Positions 1 through 14,800 of a stretch of DNA of 64,000 nucleotides are shown here, one piece after another (position 1 is the stretch's first letter; the number at the start of each line of letters is the position of its first letter). Origin of the DNA: Eledone cirrhosa (lineage: Eukaryota). Under the pieces are notes generated by a model. That model was not told the origin of the DNA and made no database searches. It saw nothing but the letters and a program-made list of their open reading frames with translations. The stretch spans positions 11,222,001 to 11,286,000 of the forward strand of contig OZ024751.1 in the NCBI GenBank assembly GCA_964016885.1, in the 5' to 3' direction. Made by a program: the position numbers and the translations under genes.

Positions 1-1
1 C

Positions 2-770
2 TTCATCCACTGTATGCAGTTCTCTGGTTACATTCAGAGAGATAAAATCAGAGTATATTGAACAGCCAGAACTAAATGGGAAAAAATGGTAAATAATGAT
101 ACAAATGGGACCTGCCCCTTGTATAGGAGCAAATTTTGGAATAGAATAGAAAGAGCTAGGAATAAGGTTAATAGAATGGTATGATATCAATAAATACCAG
201 GTTGTAATGTTCATCAATACAAACCCTAGGGGTGAACTAGGTTACAAATTTAGAAGGGCCCTAGATACACTTAAACTAAATATTAAGATAGTGGAAAGAC
301 CAGGTACCTCCATAAAAACACTTATTAGAAATACATACCCTTTTCAAAGACCTCCCTGTATAGATAAGAAATGCATAATCTGTAAACTAAGCCCCCATAT
401 TAACTGCAAAAGTAGAAACATTGTATATAGCATAAGATGTACTGAGGGACCATTTAAATATAAGAATATAATGTACATAGGTGATACTACAGCTCGTAGT
501 ATAGGAGAACGATTAAATGAACAGTGGCGAGGGCTTCAAGATAGAAAAGACTCATCAGTACCCCACCAATATGCTAAAATAGAACATAAGGGCAAATTAG
601 AGAACATAGAAATAAAAATAAAATCTACACAAAGAAAAAACGCAATGTTTAGACAAATCACAGAGACACTAAACATTAATGAACTTCAACCAAAATTAAA
701 TAGAAAAGATGAATGGAATAGCTACATCACAACATACAATCAAGGACAAAATGGAAACACACACGCATAG
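2..770 (+). pseudogene. Decayed PLE ORF C-terminus (post-RT linker, Cys knuckle, GIY-YIG endonuclease)
   Basis: Frame from nt 2 reads MQFSGY...VY*TARTKW...CPLYRSKFWNR with an in-frame stop. A frameshift near 175 leads into EWYD...VMFINTNPRGEL...VERPGTSIK...CIDKKCIIC...C...NIVYSIRC...MYIGDT..RSIGERLNE...E...I...QPKLN, which has the VY/YIG, R, E and N motifs of GIY-YIG. Confidence 0.88.
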
Positions 771-939
771 AACAAACAACCAACTAGTAACATGTAAATA
801 AACAAATAAATAAACAAATAAATACACACACAGACACCCGGATGTAACACATGCGCAAACTAAGCACACAACACACACAAAAACAATATGGCGCGAGACA
901 GGACAAAGGAGAGGCACGAAAACAAAGAAAAGAATCCTC

Positions 940-984
940 GGCCACTGATGAGGTCACAAAATGTGTGACGAAAGAACTTTGACA
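940..984 (+). ncRNA. Minimal type I hammerhead ribozyme, family A (stem I partly decayed)
   Basis: CTGATGA 945-951, extra G, stem II GTCACA/TGTGAC, GAAA 970-973, GAAC, TT, then TGAC. It lies about 170 nt after the PLE stop codon. Confidence 0.75.
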
Positions 985-1127
985 ATATATGACCTACCAT
1001 GCGGTTGTGGATCCAACCAACCAACCGGAAATTTATAAATCTTTTTAAATTTATAATTTTATTTATAATAACGATATCGGTTTCAAGACACGTTTTCAGA
1101 TAAAGAATCTTGCTAAACAAATTCAGA

Positions 1128-1139
1128 AATGTATATATG

Positions 1140-1217
<78 letters not shown>

Positions 1218-1352
1218 AATATGTATATATGTATATATATATGTATGTATATATATATGTATGTATATATATGTATATATATATGTATATATATATGTAT
1301 ATATACATATATATACACATATATATGTATATATGTATATATACATATATAT

Positions 1353-1406
<54 letters not shown>

Positions 1407-1489
1407 GTGTATATATATATGTATATATATATATACGTATATATATATACGTTGGTGTACGTATGTGTATTTTGTATGTATGTGTGTGC

Positions 1490-1535
<46 letters not shown>

Positions 1536-1860
1536 ATGTATGTATGTGTGTATTTATATGTATATAAGGTTGCGCGTAGGTATGTGTGCACTCGTATGTG
1601 TGTGTATATGTGTATGTTTGCGCGGGTCGTGCGTGTCGGACCGGATATATGGCGCGACTTAGGCAGGCGCTATTAGGCTTGTGGCGCTTGGTATTTAGAA
1701 GTGGGTGTGCCTGGGTCTATGGAAGAGAGGAAGAGTGTGTGCGTGTATATATGTGTGGGGATGTGTGTTTCTACGCATGTATGCGTACATATGTGTATGC
1801 ACGCATGTGTCTGTGTCTGCCTGTGTGTGTATATGTGTGTGTGTATATGTATGTGTGGTT
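1128..1860. repeat. (TA)n/(TATG)/(TG) compound microsatellite
   Basis: Direct inspection. Confidence 0.95.
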
Positions 1861-2049
1861 GCATACTCTGGAGTGTGAACAGACGTGTGAGAGACCGAAC
1901 TCAGCATGACTCCATTGAAGTGTGTCGGACGGAAAATGGCTGATGACCCGTGTACCAGTAAGTTGTGACTAGAACTTAAGATGACGTGGAGTAACAACAG
2001 CCAATGACATGACAAGAGTGGAAATGGTTTTTTGAAGGTGTTTTTTTTT

Positions 2050-2312
2050 TATGATAACATCCCGGTGATTAAATTTGCTCCGAACGAACTACCCGTGTCT
2101 GAAGGAACCTGCAGCCGTAGAATCAGCCAGATCCATACAAGGACCATGTCTCGAGCTACCTGCCGGCGAAATAATTGTAACACGCAATAAATTGAGTCAA
2201 GATGCATCACTGAATTTTCGTTTTTTTATACTATCCACACTCTACTCTGTTGAATATTGAGTGCTAATTTTGGCATACCGCCTATCGAAGCACCATAGCT
2301 ACCATTATAAAC
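2050..2312 (+). mobile_element. Short pLTR-like element family B with atypical hammerhead-like motif at 2094-2184
   Basis: CGTGT-CTGA...GCCG...CGGC-GAAA-TAATTG-TA-ACACG. Segment 2145-2225 is homologous to 17208-17333. Tail GAGTGC at 2259, then (TA)n. Confidence 0.6.
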
Positions 2313-2315
2313 AAG

Positions 2316-2372
<57 letters not shown>

Positions 2373-2377
<5 letters not shown>

Positions 2378-2750
2378 AACGAGTAGGACCCCGACGGCTG
2401 AGCTCAGGCCGTTTCGACGGCTAATTCTCGACTGAGTCCAGAATTAGCCGTCGAAACGGCTTCAGCTCAGCCGTAGGGGTCATACTCGTTCCTATTACCC
2501 ACTCTACTACCCTAAGTATTGAGTACTTTGGTGCGTTATGGTCCATCTGGTTCCTTACCACATTTCCTTCGTTATATATATATGGACCATAACGCACCAA
2601 AGTACTCAATACTTAGGGTAGTAGAGTGGGTAATAGGAACGAGTAGGACCCCTACAGCTGAGCTGAAGCTGTTTCGACGGCTAATTCTGGACTCAGTCCA
2701 GAATTAGCCGTCGAAACGGCCTGAGCTCAGCCGTCTGGGTCCTACTCGTT

Positions 2751-2755
<5 letters not shown>
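2373..2755. mobile_element. Double fold-back of family C: two hairpin units joined tail-to-tail over a short (TA)n
   Basis: Hairpins at 2373-2494 and 2633-2755. Segment 2490-2547 is the reverse complement of 2582-2637. Flanked by (TA)n on both sides. Confidence 0.85.
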
Positions 2756-2787
<32 letters not shown>

Positions 2788-2924
2788 AGTAAGTATGTTT
2801 TGAAACAGTGATCAGGTTTGAAATTAGAAAATAGAATAGCTTTCACCGTATTTTTGACTAAAGGAATTTTAGCCTGATAATGGGGTTTAGAACCCTCAGA
2901 TAAATGGAAAAAGATGAGTATTGA

Positions 2925-4995
<2,071 letters not shown>

Positions 4996-5051
4996 ATTTA
5001 AAGGGTATATACATATAAACTATACAAGGCCATAGAAATATATATATATAT

Positions 5052-5203
5052 GTTTTTGGCAACCATTCACAGTGTGGTTCAATGACGAATTAATTAAATA
5101 ATTAATAATCAGAGCAATATATAAAAAGTAATTCCATAGAATCATTAGATAAAATATATACAGTGTTTCTTCTCCCAATCAGCATAAATTAACCACACAA
5201 CGT
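5052..5203 (-). mobile_element. Family D fragment between (TA)n tracts
   Basis: Homologous to 11875-12012 (gcaacc...caatgacgaattaa...atcagagcaatatat...ttagataaaatatatac...ctcccaat.agcataa). Strand is inferred from the divergent fold-back architecture. Confidence 0.7.
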
Positions 5204-5232
5204 GTAAATATATATATGTATATATATATCTG

Positions 5233-5279
<47 letters not shown>

Positions 5280-5574
5280 GAATATAAATATATATATATA
5301 TATATATGTATATGTATATGTATATATGTATATATATGTACAAACGCACACACACACATACACACACACACACACACATTCACACATATATATATATATA
5401 TATAGCTAAATATTAGAAAGCTTCTTGGATCTTAACTCCGAGTTTCATTAGTAATGAAATTCAATAACGAGTCGACAGACTCTGCACTAGGTTTTATTTC
5501 GTATACGTTCTTTGTTTGCAATGTCAATCGTTCACCAGACCAATGACATACACCCCCCACCCCACCCACATACA

Positions 5575-5613
<39 letters not shown>

Positions 5614-5684
5614 TATATGTGTATCCATATTTGTATATTTGATTGTTTACCTCTGTGTGTAGGAGTCTGCGTGTGCGTGCGTGC

Positions 5685-5768
<84 letters not shown>

Positions 5769-6230
5769 TCGTCTCTGTGTATACGTATGTTCGTCCATAA
5801 GTATATTCGAGTCTTAGTGGGCGTGCTCACCTCTGAACCTAGAATTGGACTCTGAAGAATGAACGGAACGATGAATTTAGACATCGGTTGTCAGGTGAAA
5901 GTTCAGGACAACCAAAATGATTGATCGAAGACATTGCAGCGATGCTTTGTCAGTAGGGAGAAACAAAGAAACGACGACCATTTTGAAAAAAACAACAACA
6001 GCAATAGCAATAACAATAACGACAAAACATATAAAAAAAGCAAGCGAAAACAAAAACAAAACACCATAGGCCAACGAATAAACAATAATATTAAATAAGA
6101 AGACAGAGTTATGGGACTTGGAGTTTAGAGCAAAGATAGTAATATGGCAAATATACGAACCCCGACCTTTCTGTCGACAATCCCCCTATCCTATTCCATA
6201 AATAAACTATAAGGATTTAAACACACACTG

Positions 6231-6265
<35 letters not shown>

Positions 6266-6289
6266 TACACACATACACGCGCGCGCGCG

Positions 6290-6348
<59 letters not shown>

Positions 6349-6654
6349 GGATACAAACACACACATATATACATAGATATGCATAATTGCTTTCAGGAAA
6401 CCTATGTAACATATGTATAGGGAATGTTATATGTCTCTCATCACAAAATACACACAGATTTAATCAAATACATGGATGTACACATATAAATACACACATA
6501 TATATATATATATATACACACAAAAATATGCACATGTATACACATTCCTCTCCCACTCTCTTTTTCTATCTCTCTTCCACACTCTTTTCCTCACTATTCC
6601 ACAGTCTCTCTCTCTCTCCCCCTCTCTCTCTCTCTCTCCCTCTCTCTCTCTCTC

Positions 6655-6688
<34 letters not shown>

Positions 6689-6766
6689 CTACATATATAT
6701 TTACACTGTACACGGTTTTAATGTGTGCATAAATTGCGCAGCTAAAACTCCAAACACACACACACA

Positions 6767-6842
<76 letters not shown>

Positions 6843-7189
6843 CAGACAGTTCTATAGAAACATTTGGTTAGTCTGTAATAATACAGCTTAACATTATATA
6901 TTTATTGTCATAATTTTCATATCATTTACTGTGGACAGATAGTTATTTAAAAGTTCGAGTTATATCTAGGAATTTTAGTTGGACAATAATTACTTCTGGG
7001 TCCATATCATGCCTGGACCTTGAACTCTTGATGGAATCGTAAGGGGCACCTTTGTGGGCATTTAAACCTGGCTGCGCGTATCATCCTTTCTCGCCAGATC
7101 ACCACCAATTTCTTCCAAGTATTGACAAAAAAAAAAAAAAAATAATAATAATAAATAAAGAGAATTATGGAGAACTTAGAAAGAGATAC

Positions 7190-7790
7190 ATATAAAGAAA
7201 GAATCAAATCTATACTGATCAATTGACTTATTTGTCGGCTACTATATGACAAAAGGTAAAGTTAACCTTGGACTGATTCAAGAACCGTTAGAAAGAAATG
7301 AAGGCGCGTTGCTTAGTGGTTAGACAGTTGGAGTCGCAATCATGATGCCTTGTCCTTGAGCAAGACACTTTATTTTTCGTTGCTATTTCTGCCAGGAGTT
7401 GCAACAGGTAGATACTATTAGCAATGGAAACACCAAATGAAACATTGTTTTCTTTGTCCTATTTGGCGAGGTCTACCCCACTCGGCAAGCAAATGATGTC
7501 TGGAATCTTGTCGATTGATGAGAGCAAGAAAGAAATAGATGTAGCGAAACAATCAAAGCTGTACTGAAATATAGATTTATTTGTCGATACTAAATGATGA
7601 AAGGTAAAGTTTACCTTGGAGTGATTTGAGAAAAGTTAGAAAGATATAGCCGTAGATGAAGTATCAAATCTGTACTGAAATATAGATTTGTTTATCGACC
7701 ACAAAATGACGAAAGGTAAAGTTGAGCTTTGAGTGATTTGAACTCAGAGCAGAGAGTGTGGAAACAAATACTATAAATTATTCTATCTCC
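7190..7790. mobile_element. Cluster of degenerate tRNA-derived SINE fragments
   Basis: Three decayed minus-strand copies of 'gaaaggtaaagttaaccttgg..gatttgaactcag'. A second SINE head at about 7303-7385 reads ggcgcgttgcttagtggttag...tgtccttgagcaagacactt. Confidence 0.65.
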
Positions 7791-8363
7791 TATTCTATCA
7801 CCTCGACATCCGATTTCTGGGAACATGTCCATAACTTGTTTACACATATGTCTTTTGGTATCTATTACGTCATTTAGTATTTTGTTTCAAATGTATTTTC
7901 AGTTTGCCATTTGAAAAATTCTTCTTCCTTTTTATCAGTCATATTCAAAGGATTTAGAAATATGTCCTTCATTGTTATGGTTTGTTTCTGAATGTCAGAG
8001 ATGGTCGCCTTACTCTTCCAACATTTATGTATGTTAGTTCTCAGCCGTAATAAATATGTTCGCAGACACCCACAGACACTTACATACTCACGCACACACA
8101 CAGAAATGTGTGCATACATACATTCGCACATATAAAAACATGTATGCATACGCATAATCTACATACTTACCGATCTACATACATACCTTCCTACCTAATT
8201 ACCTACCTATATATATATATATACAAATACATACATTCATACATAAACACATATATACACACGCACACATATATACATTCATGCATACATTCATGCATAC
8301 ATAGATACATACGTTCATGCAGTTATATATACATGCACATATATACATACATAAACACACACA

Positions 8364-8496
<133 letters not shown>

Positions 8497-8949
8497 ATAA
8501 TATATATACACATACATAAACACAATACACTAACTGGATAATTTGGAAAATTGAACTTATGAAGACAATCTGCTTAGTAGAATATATTTCCATGAGGATT
8601 ATTTATTTTCTGGCATTAGACCCGTTCATTTGCTTTGTTATGCATTTCAAATCTTCTCTAAGTCGTGAGACGTCAAGCTCAATTTCGTCTCCATATTTCT
8701 TTGCTGCGCTAATGGATAATTTATAATCTTTAGAATGTTCCCAATCTCTAATAAATGTAAGTAGCAATAACTTACCTCTGAGACTAGTAGTTACTATAGT
8801 TTCCTCTCTAGGGACTTCACATAGTGGAGGTCAATCACTCTTTTGGAAAATTTTATAAATGTTGCAGTCTCGGATTTACGTTTTTTTTTGTCAGATTCTT
8901 TAGATTTTGAAATATATTTTAGTTTCCCCAGTTGAGGGTTTATATCGTG

Positions 8950-9570
8950 GACGTCAAAAATAGCTTTGGACAGGTTCATTTGAAGGTCAAGCACACTATT
9001 TTGAAAAAGATATCTGACAGGTGAGGTCACACAGATCTGCGGGAGACAAAGCTTCAAGGTCACACAGATATGTGGGCAACAAAGCTTCAAGATTACACAT
9101 ATCTTTGGGCAACAAAACTTCAAGGTCACACATATCTATGGGCAACAAAGATTCAAGGTCACACATATCTGTGGGCAACAAAGCTTCTAGGTCACATAGA
9201 TCTGTGGGCAACAAAGCTTCAAGGTTACACACATCTTTGGGCAACACAATTTCAAGGTCACACACATCTTTAGAAAGAATTATTCAAAATTCAAGCACAT
9301 GTGGACAAAATGACAGATTTGGACAGGATATAAAGAACAGTCTGTGGTTTAGACAAGATATCTTGGTGGTGAAACAAAGCTTTGGACAGGAAACCTTGAT
9401 GGTCAAATACAGCTTTGGACAATATACCAAGGAGGTTACACTAGGGTTTAGACAAGATATCTTACTGCCCAAACAGAGTTTTGGACAATACAATTTAGAG
9501 GTCAAACAAATCTTTGGACGAAATATTTTGAAATTCAAACACGAATTTGGCAAGAGACCTTGGAGGTCCC
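8950..9570. repeat. 33-bp minisatellite: homogeneous core 9024-9270 within older diverged units
   Basis: Unit aggtcacacagatctgtgggcaacaaagcttca starts at 9024, 9057, 9090, 9123 and onward. Flanking units keep 'tttggaca' at about 33-nt spacing. Confidence 0.9.
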
Positions 9571-10056
9571 AAAGACCCTTTCGGATATTATACCAACGCA
9601 GGCAAATAATAGAAGTTAAACAAAAATGTACAGGACATAAAATACAGAACTTCTGAAGCTATCAGCTTACTTCGGATGTTTGACATTTAGATTATGAAGT
9701 TATTCTCTACCTTCCTATTTGCAAGATTGGTTTAGGGACTATCGCCGTTATGTTTCTACAATGAAGTTATAATCAGGAATCGAATCTGAGATAAAGATTT
9801 AGGGTGTGGTGGTGACTGAATCGATAACGGAGCAAGTTTGGTTTCATTACTTGCAGTGTAATGGACTAATTTGTTTCGTGCCATATTTGGAAAATGGAAT
9901 TTGGTTAAAGTGTAGTCATAGTGTTGTGAGAAGTAGAAAGAGTAACCTAAGTAGAGAAGGATGGAGAGATAGAGATAGAAATAAATAATGAGAGAGAGAG
10001 AGAGAGGGGGAGAGAGAAAGGGGGGAGAGAGAATAAGAAAGCGCGGGTAAAATGGA

Positions 10057-10095
<39 letters not shown>

Positions 10096-10208
10096 CACAC
10101 ATATTGTTTTTGCCGAGAATAAGTGACATATTCACTACTTCAAAATTCATAGCGAATGGTCTTCAAAACGTTTTCAGTTATATATATAATTATATACATT
10201 ATATATAT

Positions 10209-10259
<51 letters not shown>

Positions 10260-10389
10260 GGTTATATTTAATTTGTTGGGATTCAACAAACTTAAACATT
10301 TTTATAACTGATATAAAGCACTCAACGGAAAGGTGAAGTAAATACACAATATATTAATAAATGGAAACTATATTTATAAAACCATATTT

Positions 10390-10453
10390 ATTTTATTATA
10401 TATATTTCAAGGGCAACCAAGGCAAATGATGGTGCTCTTTCATCAGATAAAAT
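10390..10453 (-). ncRNA. Hammerhead ribozyme, family E
   Basis: Reverse complement: ATTTTAT-CTGATGA-AAGAGCACCA..TGGTTGCCCTT-GAAA-TATATA-TA-ATAAAAT. Stem I is a perfect 7 bp. Confidence 0.8.
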
Positions 10454-10576
10454 ACAGATTTGTTTTATAAATAAATATTTGTTTTATAAATAAATATTGA
10501 CATACCCGAAAAAAAAGACAACCTTAACGGTTGGAGCTTCCTGGATAGTATATATTTATTTATAAAAGAAATCTGT

Positions 10577-10640
10577 ATTTTATCTGATGAAAGCGCACCA
10601 TAATTTGCCTTGGTTGCCCTTGAAATATATATAATAAGAT
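10577..10640 (+). ncRNA. Hammerhead ribozyme, family E
   Basis: ATTTTAT-CTGATGA-AAGCGCACCA..TGGTTGCCCTT-GAAA-TATATA-TA-ATAAGAT. Predicted cleavage is after 10633. Confidence 0.8.
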
Positions 10641-10754
10641 AAATATGGTTTTATAAATATAATTTCCATTTATTAATATATTATATATTTATATAGTCGC
10701 ATATATGTTATAGAATACTATTAGCTTCTCGCTAAAACAGTTTCTATACCTTTC

Positions 10755-10823
<69 letters not shown>

Positions 10824-10882
10824 GATAAATCTTTGTTTAATATAAGGAACTGTTTCTTTGTTTATTCATTATTTTTTTAATA

Positions 10883-10961
<79 letters not shown>

Positions 10962-11000
10962 ATATACTTATATATATATATATATATATATTGTATATAC

Positions 11001-11031
<31 letters not shown>

Positions 11032-11229
11032 ATATACTTATATATATATATATATATATATAATGTATATAATTATATATATATAAATATCTATATATAT
11101 TTAATGTATATACTTATATATATATAATGTATATTAACCCACTCGATATGCAAATTGGACTACTCAGCCGTTAATATGCATAAGGAAAGTATATACTTTC
11201 GGATGTTCAACTATCTGGCAGGAAGGTAT

Positions 11230-11272
11230 ACGTTGCTGACGATAGCTAACAAGCTTGAAACCAGTACATCGT
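11230..11272 (+). ncRNA. Hammerhead ribozyme in a ~250 bp insert (11135-11392) within (TA)n
   Basis: ACGTTG-CTGACGA-T AGCT AACA AGCT T-GAAA-C CA G-TA-CATCGT. GUA cleavage site after 11266, with U-U at the base of stem II. Confidence 0.72.
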
Positions 11273-11566
11273 TCCTTTGTCAGTGTTGAACAAACGAGCA
11301 ACGGTGGTTGCTAGACACTACGGCTTAATACGGGATGTTTGTTTACAAACACACCGAGCATTATAATAAATGTTTGGTAAATCGTTACGTACATATATAT
11401 ATATATATATATGTGTGCATGTATATATATATACATACTACTGTACGTCTGTATACATATATGTATGTACGTATACATACTTATATTTAAGTAACAGCCG
11501 TACTAAGAGTGGGAAATGGAATTTCGTTTCATTTTTTCCGTTTATACATATATGTATATATATATG

Positions 11567-11689
11567 TATGTTGATGCTCTAAGGACATACACTGGTCTGT
11601 TGGAAACGCAGGACATGGCAGCGATAATGAGGGACAGAGACCGCTGGAGAGAACTCGTCCGTGGATCTCGGGAATTTTACCCGCCTTAG
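11567..11689 (+). mobile_element. 5'-truncated RTE-clade LINE 3' end
   Basis: Translates YVDALRTYTGLLETQDMAAIMRDRDRWRELVRGSREFYPP*, containing the RTE-type C-terminal 'M.DR..WR..V' motif. Ends in (TA)n. Confidence 0.7.
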
Positions 11690-11794
11690 ATATATATATA
11701 TATTTATTTAGTTAGGCTTGTTGATTCATAGTATGATAAACGTTTCAAGGATTTACACCAGTCTAGCCTCCTGTTATTTTATTATAATATATAC

Positions 11795-11825
<31 letters not shown>

Positions 11826-11872
11826 AATATAAAGATTTACATATACATAAACATAAAGTCATAGATATATAT

Positions 11873-12364
11873 GTGTTTTGCAACCGGTCACGTTGTGGCT
11901 CAATGACGAATTAATAAATTAAATAATCAGAGCAATATATCATAAATCATGTCTTTAGAATTATTAGATAAAATATATACCATTTCCTCTCCCAATTAGC
12001 ATAATTAACCATATAAAAAAATCAATTAGACCAAGCTATAAGAATAAAGGCCCCTATGAAGAAATTTCCGACAAATAACCGAAAGCGGCCTCTTCGCGGT
12101 GGCCCCAATAGAGTATTTATCCAACATTTCAACAGCATGTAGAAATATATTTAGTCAATTTCTACATGCTGTTGAAATGTTGGATAAATACTCTATCGGG
12201 GCCACCGCGAAGAGGCCGCTTTCGGTTATATGTCGGAAATTTCTTCATAGGGGCCTTTATTCTTATAGCTTGGTCTAATAGATTTTTTATATGGTTCGTT
12301 AATTATGCTGATTGGGAGAGGAAATGGTATATATTTTATCTAATTATTCTAAAGACATGATTTA

Positions 12365-12372
<8 letters not shown>
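11873..12372. mobile_element. Family D fold-back: ~210-bp near-perfect inverted arms
   Basis: Segment 11934-12146 is the reverse complement of 12158-12372 with a short spacer. Bounded by (TA)n. Confidence 0.9.
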
Positions 12373-12430
<58 letters not shown>

Positions 12431-12649
12431 CTGTCGATGTCAACTTCTTTATCCGTCATTAAGGGTCTTCATTCTATATTACAAGTTATTTCATAACATC
12501 TCCGCGTATAAACACACCATACTTATATACGTATGGTATGAGGCAATGAGAGATGTGTTCGTGAAGAGTGGGGCAAGACATGTCGAATATCGGAGACATC
12601 ATTACAATGTGGCTGAAAGTAAGTGTTGCACATGTCTTCAACATTATCT

Positions 12650-13140
12650 TTACCACCACCACCACCACCTTGATGGTGATGACGATGACGATGACGATGA
12701 CGATGATGATGACGATGATGATGACGATGACGATGTTGATGACGATGACGATGACGATGATGATGACAACGATGACGATGACGACGATGGTGACGATGAA
12801 GATGATGATGATGACGATGTTGATGACGATGACGATGGTGATGACGATGACGACGACGATGATGATGACAACGATGACGATGACGACGATGGTGACGATG
12901 ATGACGATGATGGTGATGACGGTAATGACGATGACGACGACGACGACGACGATGACGATGATGGCGATGAAGACGATGATGACGATGACGATGGCGATGA
13001 TGACGATGACGACGATGGCGATGATGACGATGATGACGATGACGATGATGACGATGATGACGATGGCGATGATGACGATGATGGCGATGACGACGATGAC
13101 GATGATGATGACGACGATGGGGAAGACGACGAAGATGGTC
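12650..13140. repeat. (GAT/GAC)n trinucleotide array
   Basis: Direct inspection. Confidence 0.95.
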
Positions 13141-13279
13141 ATTAAGAGTGTGATTGTGATGATTATCAGGATTATCACAATCATTTATTGGCCCCGTTAC
13201 CATCTTACTCATCGTCGTTTCATCATTTCTCCTCTTTTCATCGTAATCATTATCGCCATAGCGACCATAGCCTCACTTC

Positions 13280-14800
13280 ACCATCACCAGCATCACTATC
13301 ATCACCGCCATCATTAACATAACATCACCAACACCATTAACATCACTATTATCATCACCATCACTATCATCATTAACAGTGCTATCATCACCAACATCAA
13401 CATCATCGCCAACATCACTATCATCACCACCACCATCATCACCATCACTAACATCACCACCATCACTAACATCACGACCATCACTAACATCACCACCATC
13501 ACCACCATCACTAACATCTCCATCACCACCATCACCACCATCACTAACATCACCACCATCACCACCATCACCACCATCACTATCATCACCACCATCACTA
13601 ACATCTCCATCACCACCATCACCACCATCACTAACATCACCACCACCACTAGCATCACCACCATCACTAACATCACCACCATCACCACCATCACTAACAT
13701 CTCCATCACCACCATCACCACCATCACTAACATCACCACCATCACCACCATCACCACCATCACTAACATCACCACCATCACCACCATCACTAACATCACC
13801 ACCATCACCACCATTACTATCATCACCACCATCATCACCACCGTCACTAACATCACCACCATCACTATCACCACCACCATCACAATCATCTCTACCATCA
13901 GTATAATCACCACCATCACAATCATCACTACCATCACTAACATCACCAACATCACTATCATCACCAACATCACTATTGTCACCATCATCACCATCATCAC
14001 CACCAACATCACTATCACCACCACCATCATCACCAACATCACTATCATCACCACCATCACTACCAACACCACCATCATCACCATCATCAGCACCAACATC
14101 ATCACCAACATCACTATCATCACCAACATCACTATCATCACTATCATCTCCACCATCACCACCATCATCACCAACATCACTATCACCACCACCATCACCA
14201 CCAACATCGCTATCATCACCACCATCACTATCACCACCACCATCACTACCAACATCACTATCACCACCACCATCACCACCAACATCACTATCATCTCCAC
14301 CATCACCACCAACATCACTATCATCTCCACCATCACCACCAACATCACCAACATCACTATCACCACCACCATCACTATCACCACCACCATCACCACCAAC
14401 ATCACTATCATCTCCACCATCACCACCATCATCACCAACATCACTATCACCACCACCACCATCACCACCAACATCACTATCATCTCCACCATCACGACCA
14501 TCATCACCAACATCACTATCACCACCACCACCATCACCACCAACATCACTATCATCTCCACCATCACCACCATCATCACCAACATCACTATCACCACCAC
14601 CACCATCACCACCAACATCACTATCATCTCCACCATCACGACCATCATCACCAACATCACTATCACCACCACCACCATCATCACCAACATCACTATCACC
14701 ACCACCACCACCACCACCAACATCACTATCATCAGTCCAAATTCTACCATCATAATCTTCATTATCATCATCATCATCATCATCATCATCATCTTCATCA
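13280..14800. repeat. (CAT/CAC/CAA/CTA) trinucleotide-based array with higher-order ~63-bp units near 14380-14700
   Basis: Recurrent 'aacatcactatcatctccaccatcac' blocks. Confidence 0.9.

Larger units (their letters stand above)
1..1130 (+). mobile_element. 3' part of a Penelope-like retroelement (Neptune-like): linker, GIY-YIG endonuclease, pLTR with hammerhead (family A)
   Basis: Coding remnant 2-770 is followed by an HHR at 940-984 and a tail ending at (TA)n near 1130. The 870-1130 segment recurs reverse-complemented at 32380-32705. Confidence 0.88.
10256..10682. mobile_element. Family E fold-back element with two divergent hammerheads
   Basis: Inverted arms at about 10349-10478 and 10552-10682. 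The left arm continues into the tail (GCACTC 10318) up to (TA)n. Confidence 0.88.

Noticed and set aside
1935-1965. ATGGCTGATGACCCGTGTACCA-GTAAGT as a first exon, or CTGATGA as an HHR core
   Set aside because: Too short to support as an exon, and there is no stem II/GAAA arrangement.
2870-2910. CTGATAA-TGGGGTT TAG AACCCTCA-GATA HHR-like motif
   Set aside because: Two core deviations, no stem I or III, and a single copy in the window.
9024-9270. CRISPR-like regular repeats (also 37670-38180, 47575-48775)
   Set aside because: Contiguous tandem units without unique spacers, in a eukaryotic context with no cas genes.
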